From: Phoronis australis
Taxonomy: Eukaryota > Animalia > Phoronida
Length of the DNA: 64,000 nt
Direction: 5' to 3'
NCBI GenBank assembly: GCA_002633005.1
Contig: NMRA01000035.1
Coordinates: forward strand, 1 to 64,000
Shown: positions 51,401-63,400 of the stretch, in pieces
Numbering within the stretch: position 1 is the first letter of the stretch
How the letters are laid out: every line of letters begins with the position of its first letter
Program-made: the position numbers and the translations under genes
Notes under the pieces: model-generated
The model's input: only the letters and a program-made list of their open reading frames with translations
Told to the model about the DNA's origin: nothing
Database searches by the model: none

Positions 51401-54400
51401 GTAGTCTTCAGATGCTCTTGGCTCTTGCTCATATTCCACCTCAGGTGTAAGTAATTGTAGCTCATGATCTGTATCCACTATAAGTGACTCTGGGTCACAT
51501 TCTACCTCAGCTGTTAAAGACTCTAGCATATGTCCTGTCTCAGTTCTTACTGACTCTGGCTCATGTTCTGACTCAAGTGTTTGTGATTTTGGCTCAGGTT
51601 CCTCTTCAGGAGAAAATGACTCAGTCTCACATTCTAGCTCAGGTGTAACTGACCCTAGCTCATGTTCAACATCAATTGTTGCTGACCTTGGCTCATATTC
51701 TTCAACTGTTGCTGACTCAAGCTCATGCTCAACCGCAGGTGTAACTGACTCTAGATCATATTCTAAATCAGGTGTAATTGAACTTGGCTCACGTTTCTGC
51801 TCGGTTTTAACTGCCTCAGGGTCAATTTCTAGTTTAGCTGTTAACAACTCCGACTGAGAGTCTACCTCAGCTGCAGCTGGTTGTGGTTCATGTTCCATTT
51901 CAATTGTTACCGACTGCGGCTCATGTTCTACATGAGCAGTTACTCTCTCTGGCTCATATTCAATCTCAGATTTTTGTGATTTTGGGTCATGTTCCACCTC
52001 AGATGTAACACTCTCTAGTTCATCACCTACATCAGTTGTTTCAGACATTGGCTCATATTCTTCTTTAGCAGTTGCTGACTCAAGCTTATGTTCAACCACA
52101 GGTGTAACTGACACTGGAAGATGCTCCTCGCCAGGTGTAACTAACTCTGGCTCAAGTTCAACAACACCTGTTACTGGCTCTGGCTCTGGCTCAGGCTCTT
52201 CCTCTACCATAGTTGTTAATGACTCTGTTACAAATTCTGCTTCACGTTCAATATCAGTCACTTCTGACTGTTCAGCATGCTCCATCACAGGTGGAACAAA
52301 CTCTAGCTCACGTTCAATCTCAGTTATTTTGGGCCCTGGTTCATGATCTACCTCAGCAGTTACTGACTTGGTCTGATGTTCCATCACAGATGTTACAGGC
52401 TCCTGCTCACGTCCCTCCTCAGCCACTGCTGATTCTACCTCATGAACTATCTCAGCTGTCACTGACTCTGACTCAACTTCAACCTCAGCTTTTACTGATT
52501 TTGGTTCCTGTTCTACATCAGATGTAACTGACTTTGACTCATCTTCTTCCTCAGCAGCTACTGACTCTACCTCATGCTCTAAGCCAGGTGCACCGGACTG
52601 TGGCCGATGTTCTAGCTCAGGAATAACTAACTCTGGCTCATGTTGCACCACAAGTGCACTCGATTTTATATCATGTTTTACCTCAGGTATAACTGACTCT
52701 AGCTCATGATCAACATCAATTGTTGCTGACCTTGGCTCATATTCTTCCTCAACTGTTGCTGACTCAAGCTCATGCTCAAGCGCAGGTGTAACTGACTCTG
52801 GATCATATTTTAAATCAGGTGTAATTGAACTTGGCTCATGTTTCTGCTTGGTTTTAAATGACTCTGGGTCAATTTCTAGTTTAGCTGTTAGCAACTCCGA
52901 CTGAGAGTCTACCTCAGCTGTAGCTGGTTGTGGCTCATGTTCCATTTCAGTTGTTACCAACTGCGGCTCATGTTCTGCATGAGCAGTTACTGTCTCTGGC
53001 TCATAGCCTATCTCAGATTTTTGTGATTTTGGGTCATGTTCCACCTCAGATGTAATACCCTCTAGTTCATGATCTACATAAGTAGGTACAGACATTGGCT
53101 CATATTCTTCCTTAGCAATTGCTGACTCAAGCTCATGTTCAACCACAGGTGTAACTGAGACTGGAAGATGCTCCTCACCAGGTGTAACTAACTCAGGCTC
53201 TAGTTCCACAACACCTGTTACTGGCTCAGGCTCTTCCTCTACCATAGTTGTTAACGACTCTGTTACAAATTCTGGTTCACGTTCAATATCAGTCACTTCT
53301 GACTGTTCAGCATGCTCCATCACAGGTGGAACTGACTCTGGCTCACGTTCAATCTCAGTTGTTATGGGCCCTGGTTCATGATCTACCCCAGGAGTTACTG
53401 ACATTGTCTGATGTTCCATCACAGATGTTAGAGGCTCCTGCTCACGTCTTTCCTCAGCCGCTGCTGATTCTACCTCATGACCTATCTCAGCTGTCACTGA
53501 CTCTGACTCAAGTTCAGACTCAGCTATTACTGATTCTGGTTCCTGTTCTACATCAGAAGTAACTGACTTTGACTCATCTTCTTCCTCAGCAGCTACTGGC
53601 TCTAGCTCATGCTCTAAGTCAGGTGCACCGGACTGTGGCCGATGTTCTAGCTCAGGAATAACTAACTCTGGTTCACGTTGCACCAAAAGTGTACTCGACT
53701 TTATATCATGTTTTACCTCGGGTATAACTGACTCTGGAACATGTTCCACGTCAGGTGTATTAGACTCTTGCTCAGATTTTCCCACTTGTTCATCTTCAAC
53801 TATAACAGAATCTGGCTCACGTCCTTCCTCAGATATTTCTGAATCAAACTCATGTTCTTCATTAGGTACACTTGACTTTGGCTTACATTCAGCCTCAAGT
53901 ATAACTGACTCTGGCATATGTTCAGCAATAGGTGTAACCGACTCTGGCTCCTGATCAACATCAGCTGTTATTGACTTCGACTCATAGTAGTCTTCAGATG
54001 CTGTTGGCTCTTGCTCATATTCCTCCTCAGGTGTAAGTAATTGTAGCTCATGATCTGTATCCACTATAAGTGACTCTGGTTCACATTCTACCTCAGCTGT
54101 TAAAGACTCTACCAAATGTCCTGTCTCAGTTCTTACTGACTCTGGCTCATGATCTAACTCAAGTGTTTGTGATTTTGGCTCATGTTCCTCTTCAGGAGAA
54201 AATGACTCAGTCACACATTCTACCTCAGGTGTAACTGACTCTAGCTCGTGTTCAACATCAATTGTTGCTGACCTTGGCTCATATTCTTCCTCAACTGTTG
54301 TTGACTCAAGCTCATGCTCAACTGCAGGTGTAACTGACTCTGGATCATATTCTAAATCAGGTGTAATTGAAGTTGGCTCGTGTTTCTGCTCGGTTTTAAC

Positions 54401-57400
54401 TGACTCTGGGTCAATTTCTAGTTTAGCTGTTAGCAACTCCGACTGAGAGTCTACCTCAGCTGCAGCTGGTTGTGGTTCATGTTCCATTTCAGTTGTTGCC
54501 GACTGTGCCTCATGTTCTGTATGAGCAGTTACTATGTCTGGCTCATAACCTATCTCAGATTTTTGTGATTTTGGGTCATGTTCCACCTCAGATGTAACAC
54601 TCTCTAGTTCATCATCTACATCAGTTGTTACAGACATTGGCTCATATTCTTCTTTAGCAGTTGCTGACTCAAGCTCATGTTCAACCACAGGTGTAACTGA
54701 GACTGGAAGATGCTCCTCACCAGGTGCAACTAACTCTGGCTCAACTTCAACAACATCTGATACTGGTTCTGGCTCATGCTCTACCACAGCTGTTAATGAC
54801 TCTGTTACTGGCTCTGGTTCACGTTCAATATCAGTCATTACTGCCTGTTCAGCATGCTTCATCACAGGTGGAACTGACTCTGGCTCATGTTCAATCTCAG
54901 TTGTTATGGTACCTGGTTCATGATCTACCCCAGCAGTTACTGACTTGGTCTGATGTTCCATCACAGATGTTACAGGCTCTTGCTCACGTCCTTCCTCAGC
55001 CACTGCAGATTCTACCTCATGAGCTATCTCAGCTGTCACTGACTCTGACTCAAGTTCAACCTCAGTTGTTACTGACTTTGTCTGATGTTCCATCACAGAT
55101 ATTACAGACTCCTGCTCATGTCGTTCCTCAGCTGCTGCCGATTCTACCTCATGACCTATCTCACCTATCACTGACTCTGACTCAAGTTCAAACGCAGTCG
55201 TTACTGATTCTGGTTCCTGTTCTACATCAGATATAATTGATTTCGACTTATCTTCTTCCTCAGCTGCTACTGACTCTAGCTCATGGTCTATGTCAGGTGC
55301 ATCTGACTGTGGCCGATAATCTAGCTCAGGTATAACTAACTCTGGCTCATGTTCCACCACAAGTGTACTTGACTCTACCTCATGTTCTTCCTCAGATATA
55401 ATTGACTCTGGAACTTGGTTCAGATCACGTTTAATACACTCTTGCCCATGTTGTACATCAACGGTAACTGATTCTGTCTCATGTTGTGATTCAGGTGTAA
55501 CCGATTCTGGCTCGTATTTAACATCAGCTGTTACTGACTCTCGTACCGCCTCTCCCCCAGGTGTTACTGACGCTGACTCATGTTCTACATGAAGGGTAAT
55601 TGATTCTGGATCACATTCAACAACATCCACTTCTGGCTCACGTTCATGTTCTACCATAACTGGTACTGACTCTGTCACTAACTCTGACTCATGTTCAATC
55701 TCAGTCATTACTGGCTCAGGAACACATTTCACCCCAGGTATAACTGATTCTGACACATGTTCTACTCCAGCTATTACTGGCTTGGTCACATGTTCCATCA
55801 CATATGTTACAGACTCTAGTTCATGTTCCACATTACCCATTACTGATTTTGGTTCAAGTTCAATCTCAGTTGCTGTTGACTCTGGTTCATGTTCAAGCTC
55901 AGCTAAATCTGATTCGTGTTCTACATCAGAAGTTATTGACTTTGGTTCATTTTCTTCTTCATCTACTACTGACTCCAACTCATGTTCTACTGCAGGTGTA
56001 CCTGACTCTGGCTGCTGCTCTATCTCATGTGTACTTGACCATGCCGCATAAGTTGTAACTAACTCTGAATCATGTTCTATATCAAGAGTAACAAATTTTG
56101 TCTCATGTTTAACTTCAACCTCAGATATTACTGACTCTTCATAAGGTGTACTTGACTTGGATATATAATCTACCTCAGGTGTAACTGACTCTGGCATACG
56201 TTCAACAACTGATATAAACAATTCTCGCTCCTGATCAACATCAGCTGCTACTGACTCTGGTTCATGGTGTTTCTCAGAGGTTCCCGAGACTTGCACATAT
56301 TCCGTATCAGATACAACTGACGGTGGACTTTGTTCTATATCAAATGTAAGTGACTCTGCCTCATGTTCCACCTCAGCAGTTAATAACTCTAGCAAATGCC
56401 CTGTCTCAGCTTTTATCGTCACTGGTTCATGTTCTATTTCAGCAGTTAGTGACTTTGGTTCATGTTCTACATCAGCAGCAACTGGCTCTGGCTCATGTTC
56501 TTCCTCAGCAGTTGGTGGCTCAGGCTCAAGTACAACGTCAGGAGTAACAGACTCTGGAACATGCTCCACACCAGGTGTAATCGATTCTGGCTCATGTTCT
56601 ACATCAGGTGTAAACAATTCTGGCTCATGTTTAACATCAGCTGTTACTGACTCAAGCTCTCTCCCAGGTGTAACTGACTCTGGCTTATGTCCTACATCAG
56701 GTGTAAACGATTCTGGCTCATGTTCTACATCAGGTGTAACTGATTCTGGCTCATATTCAAGATCATCTGTTACTGACTCTTGCTCAAGCTCTCTCTCAGC
56801 TGTAACCGACACCGACTCATGTTCTACATCAAGTGTAACTGATTCTGGCTCATATTTAAGATCATCTGTTACTGACTCTTGCTCAAGCTCTCTTTCAGCT
56901 GTAACCGACACCGACTCATGTTCTACACCAGGTGTAACTGTTTCTGGCCCATTTTCCACCTCAGTTATAATCGACTCTGGTTCATGTTCCACAGGAGGTT
57001 TAACTGATTCTGCCTTATGTTCTATGTCATCTACAAATGAATCCGAATCATATCCTACCTCAGTTTTCATTGACTCTGGCTCATGTTTTACGTCAGCTTT
57101 TACTAACCTTGGCTCCATCACATATTCACTCTCATGTTCAACATCAGTAGCTAGTAACTCTGGTTCCCGTCCTACTTCAGTTGATACTGACTCTGGCTCA
57201 TGGTCTTCTTCAGTTCTTGCTGATTCTAGTTCATATTCAACCTCAGGTGTAACCGACTGTGGCTCATGTTCTATGTCATCTGTAACTGACACGAGTTCAT
57301 GTTCAGTCCTACCTGTAGCTGGCTCGAGCTCTAACTCAACTTGAACTGTCCCTGACTCTGGAAAACCTTCCACGGTCTGCTCTTTCAGCTCCAGTTCTTC

Positions 57401-60400
57401 ATCACTTTGTCTTTGTATTGCAGGTTGTATAAGAGCTTCCCCAAATTCTGAAAGCCCTCGGTAGCCACCTTTCTCTTCAACATGTCTCTCAGTTTGAACA
57501 GGGTCTTCCTCCTTACCGAGACTTAACTTAAGAGGATCGAATTGATCTACTTGGGGAAAACGGTTCACAGATTCCAGGCAACTATCATCAAATTCCGATG
57601 ACTTTTGTTGTTCAATGAGCCTAGTTGCTAAGTGTTCACTACTTACAGAAATGGCTTTACCTGATATGTCCCAGGAAAGGAAAGAGCATGCGAGGGAAGA
57701 GAAGTAGAGTTAGGAAATATTAAGCATGGGTATTCCTGAAAGGCATGCAAGAAAGGACAGCAAAAGAGAAAGACATTCGTAGAATATTTAGTTTGATCCA
57801 TCAACATGAAATGTGATGGTGAAGAAGCTCCTTCAAGATAAAAAGAACAGAAAATATTAAGCAAAGAGTAAAGGCTGGAATGTCAGCATTTCAGCAGCCA
57901 AGATGCGATACTTCAGCGTCAACAAACACATCCAAATAGCAAATACAAACAGCTCACATTTTTACACATTCACGAACACGCATTCACAAGTCATCACAAA
58001 ATGAATGTCCTAAGCCGTGAAAGTCCTCACTGGACTTAAAGCTGCTGAGCAGTTAGTGGGTTAAAACATATCAGTGCAAAAGTGCTAGGTGCTAAACGTG
58101 CAATGAAATTTTTAAAAATTTTGGGTACGGTTCACACCAGTCTTGATATTTTTACATTTTTTATCGAGATATTAAAAGTACTGAGTTCTGGACCTAGGGA
58201 GATTATTCCTAAACTAGGGTGTGGCATGAAATGGTTGTATAAGGCACCTTTGCTGACAAAGGTTGTCATCAAATCATCTCACAGGCAATTCAAAGATACC
58301 AAAAGGTGACACTGGCAGTCAGTTTGTGGTGTACCTTAGGCACTACAAGCATTGGTTTCATGCACAGGAGGCCCAGGTACACTGGCCATGATGGTCAATT
58401 ACAGCAATCACCTGAGGTAACGCCCATGTTTGGCATAACGGTCACACCAGAAATATCCAAATTTTCACTTTCTAGTGGCCATGCCTGGGTCAACGACCAT
58501 CCCCAATTCATACGATCAAGACAACCTTAAACACGTCAGTGTGTTTGTGAACATACATCTCATGAGAATTTTAGCACCCAAAGTGTATGCAACTGGCTTA
58601 GCTTTTCAATTTCACTGACACCTGCCTTATTCAGGCAGGAAGATACCTTTCTTTGCTGATTAAAAGATGTAAGCCGTTCTTTTGGGTCGTGCAAGTACCA
58701 ATACTATTAGCACCTGTGAGCAAAAATGGAGAAGGCATTTGCATAATTGAGTATATCAACCATTCCTGTAAACGCCTGCCACACCCTGTAGAGACATTCC
58801 ATTTACAATGCCCCTATTAGATCAGCTTAATGACTAAATCAACTTCCCAAATAAAGAAGCCGAGACGTTAACCCAGACAAATTTGGTAAGTAATAGTTTA
58901 ACACGCGTTTCATGTCTTTAAGTACCTGTTTTCTATATGTGTGTAAATATTAAAGCAGCTACAAACTTGCCTTTCGTCAATTATCACCCCTTGCACTCGT
59001 GGAATTGGTCTCAAACTGTTCCTTAGTAGAATTTAATGCGATTTTTGCGCTTCGGAAGAACTGAATGATCAAAATTGCTTTAGATCAGATTCTCCAAATT
59101 GGCTCGTCACGGCTGGTCACTTAAAGCTTTGAGCGTGGTCTCAAGTAAAAAATTTCAGTTCTTCTGTGCCCGGTTGCATGAAACAGTCCCAAATAGGGAC
59201 TCAACTAAGTTCCCTAAATCTACTGCGTATTTTTGGACTTGTGAAAACATTGATTGCCCTTTCTTGTATTATTTTAGTTTCATTACTAACTGAACTTTTG
59301 TCTTTGATGCAAATAGAGAGTGAACTCCACATTGAATTGTCAATATTATCGAAAATAATAAAGGGCCTTTTCATGCAACACCTCCAAAATAAGGACTGAG
59401 TCTCTATTTTCAATGAACTCTGAGCTCAATTTTCAGTTATATTATTAGAAAATGTCATTAATCAAAGAGGAGCTAATAATACGGTAAAGACGAAATGATA
59501 GAAAAATATTGCATCTGTTAGTCCATAAAGACACAAATATGCAAACAGACTTAGGGACCTTAGTTGAGTCCCTATTTGAGACTGTTCCATGCAACCGATC
59601 ACTGGAGCCCAGAAACTACTGCACACCTGAGACAGGATCAAGTCAATACCAATTTTACATTTCTGTCTAAATCAAAGCTTTGATTCCCAGACATAACAAA
59701 GGTTTATAGATGGTTTAAGTAATCTCCCCAAGGTTCAGAAAACAGCACATACACACTAAAATTTCCAAGCTTTACAAAACAATTTCATGCTGTGTTAGGC
59801 CAAATATTCAAAACTCAGAACCTGTAGAAAATAAATGCATACAAATTCTGTGAAGAACGTATTAACAGTTTATATGTCTGCACGTGGGTAATAATATACA
59901 CCTTTATGAGAAAACAGCTCCAGTTAATCAACAGTTAAGCACAGTCATTAATAGTAGGCCACGCGACAGTTTCACTCAGTTCACAAGTTCACAACTGATT
60001 TTTCCTTACAAATGGCAACACAGTGGAAAATGTAGTGTAAAACTTACCATCGACATCGCCAGCATTGGCACCACCTTCTGAAAAATAACAAAGACAAACA
60101 CTTTACAAACCCAGCCTATAACGCATCTTGATAACTCGCTTAATGCATCATTGCATAACTCACCAGTCTACATTAAGAAGTCACTTTTTCCCAGTCTCGA
60201 TAACGTGCCCATTCATATGTTACAGTTGTGGTTAAGGCATCGTTTTCACGTCATAATTTTCCCTCAACTCGTCACTAAAAATTGTAATCTGTCCTGACAG
60301 TTACATGCAAAATATCTTTCCAAAAGTCATCACCAATGGACTTCCTCTGTCATGCATATACGTGACAAGCATGATCGTCACAGCTAGAGTTCATGCAAAA

Positions 60401-63400
60401 TAGACCTCGCTCTAACAAGAGACTAGTTAAGCAAGGTCGTTTCTACCATCATCGCTGCAATTACCGATATTTGGCTATTCTATTGGCTTACACATTAAAG
60501 ACTATTGGGAATACGCAACAAAATCCAGAACACAAACCATGAACTAATGGTATGGCAAGTGAACAAAGAGAAAAGAACACGCCACACCAAACAGACAAAA
60601 CAACAGCCAAACGTTCTCAAGCCGAATGAGAGAACATTGTTAATACTCCTATTGCTTTGCCACAGAGACATTGTTCTCTTGCTTAAAGTTGATATCATTT
60701 ATCATCCACTGACTCAGTAACACTCACCATGAAAGTACAAAGAGAACATACAGTACAATTCAAATATTTAGTCAAATGGTGATTCCCAGAAACCCTAAGA
60801 TTATTACGGCAGAATCATAAACGTAGCACTCGCTAACAGAACTAAAGAGAAATACTGCACACATCCGCACCTTCTGTGTAAGTTTGGCCATAATCAAAAT
60901 ACTGAAGGTAGCTATCACCATCATAAGGCGAGCTACGATCTTCAGTTAAAGTGATTATGGGCGTTCCAGGATGTTCATCATCAGACTCAAACACTAAAAC
61001 ATACAGTGCAACAAATAAGGAGCTTTCTTTTAATGACAAATAGCAATCTAATTAATGATATAAAATTATGGCTGCAGTAAACATGCCATATTAAAAGTGT
61101 CTTAACTACTGTTCCATTGTTTTTATCAGTTAAAATAAAGAAGCCATGGTAAAAATATCAGTTGCATCCTTCATTTAAACACAGGAAACCTCCTAAAAGT
61201 TGGATCCTGTAGGACAGTGAGACTTCATCTATGTTTTAAGTACTTTCAACAGCTAAAACAGGAGTAATGCAAAGCATTTAAATGCCTCATGACTGCACTG
61301 CAAACGGTATTCTTTTAAGGTTTGTCATCAGCATTAAAAAGTGGCCACTAGATGAAGCAGAATACGTCAAAACCGTCCAAAAAAAAAGGAAGGTGCATTC
61401 GCCTTCAGAATAAAAATCTATTCATCAAAAATTTCTGAAAATCTGTCGATACAAAGCCAAACGAAAAAGATTTCCACTAGAGAGAACAGCGGTAGTCGAA
61501 TCTATCGCAGACAAGTTGCCATAAATTGTATTGATTGTAACATTCATAGGAGTACACTTGTCAAATTTGACAATGATCCTACAACAGATACAGCCACAGA
61601 TGGAAAAAAATAACTGCAGGAAGGTACCACAGGCAATCGGAATCATCCTCACTCTCGTCAGTAGCAAAATGTACAAATGTTCAAGCTTATCCTTAAGTTT
61701 ATACAATAGTGGGGGCCAACGAAAAGGATAAAAAAGACCACGAGATGGCCTTTTCACCAAATATCATAGAAGTCCATCAAGGGAAACCAAAGATCAAGAA
61801 ACAACGTGAAAAACTTAAATTGCCACTAACTAGGGGGCACAGTGGTAATTGGAACGGTCCACAACTCATTGTCATTCATCAGCAGCTCCACAGGAACACA
61901 TCTGTCAAGTCTCAAGAAGATTCCGCGAGGGGTTTGATGATACAGAAGCCAATGCTGGATGCTGGACAGACGGACAGAAATTACAGCAATACGCAGCCAC
62001 ATACAAATACGTGGGCGCGCAATAAACAAAAGATGTTTGCAAATCACGACCGAACGCCTTGACATAGTCTTTAAAACAATGTAAAAGAAGAGAGCTAAAA
62101 TATCACTACCTGTATCACAAACCCAACATTTTCACTCAAAACAGGATTTTAAAGTGATATATTTTTGATAAGAAAACAATGAATATGAACGCATCTGTGA
62201 AAGACAGTATCCAAACAACCAGGCAGCAAAACTAATCTAAAATAATGAGGTACCTGTTACACAAAAATGATTGAAAAAATCCTCATGCCGATTCACTGCA
62301 ATGATCACAACATAACACGATTTACAAACAAAACCGAATAACAGTCTATTTACCACACCTATTTGGTCGTTAGAAGCAATATGTTATGATAAGCATGAAG
62401 TGACATACAAGCAGACAAAGCATAAGGATTAAGCATAGGAAAGCAAAAGCCAGCAAATGTACAATCATGTTGTTGTAGTTACTAGACACCAAACATGATG
62501 AAATAAAACAAATTTATTCGCAAAACAGCCCTAATCTCCAAATTTTCTTTTTCCAGGTATGGCACCTATGGTAAAAGACAAATCTTCTCAATCATAACTG
62601 TAAGTATGTATGTTTTTTTTTTCAGACCATTTACCAAGTAGAACAAGAGAAACGCTAGGCGTTGAAATGTGCCAATCACTGCACCGCAAATGGTATACAT
62701 CTAGGGGTGTTTATAATTATTATTATTATTATTATTATTAGCACCTTGTAATATATAAAATGAAAAGGCCACTAGAGGGCACAGCCAAGTACTGTCGTCT
62801 CCCAGATTGAAAATTACTAGCTACATTTCATGATCTTGGTAGATAAAGAGCCATAGACTTAAATCGCCACAAGGGGACATCACAATAAAAGGACTAGTCC
62901 CACAATCAAGGTCAGGTGTACTCCCCCAACAGGATCAATTACACTAAATTTCATTAAGGTCAGTTAAGGAACTTCAGTTGATGGATATCGAGAAACCAGC
63001 AAAAAACAAATTTGCCACTAGGGGCACCACAGTGATTGGATCCATCATTATCATCTTAATAGGAACACAACTGTAAAAATTTCAAAATGATCCTTTGAGT
63101 GCATTGGCATACAGAGGCGGAGACCAAAATACCCCAAAATGATAAAACTGTCGCTAAGGGATGCTGAATAATACATAATCAAAAAGAAATTGGAATATGC
63201 TTTGTCTCCTGAACAGAAACCTATTTCCATATTTCATCAAAGAATTTTATAGATATAGAAGCACATATAAATATAAGCTAAATAGCCACCAGGTGGGGTC
63301 ACGGTCGACCTGTGAAATTTCATGATTCTTGGTAATTAGAGACTGAGGCGAATGGCAAAAGATGCAAAACTAGCAAAAATAATCAATAGTTGGTACAGGT

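Noticed and set aside
35526-57344. Many Ser/Thr-rich or Leu-rich + strand ORFs opposite the giant exons
   Set aside because: Antisense shadows of a repetitive Glu-rich coding strand.
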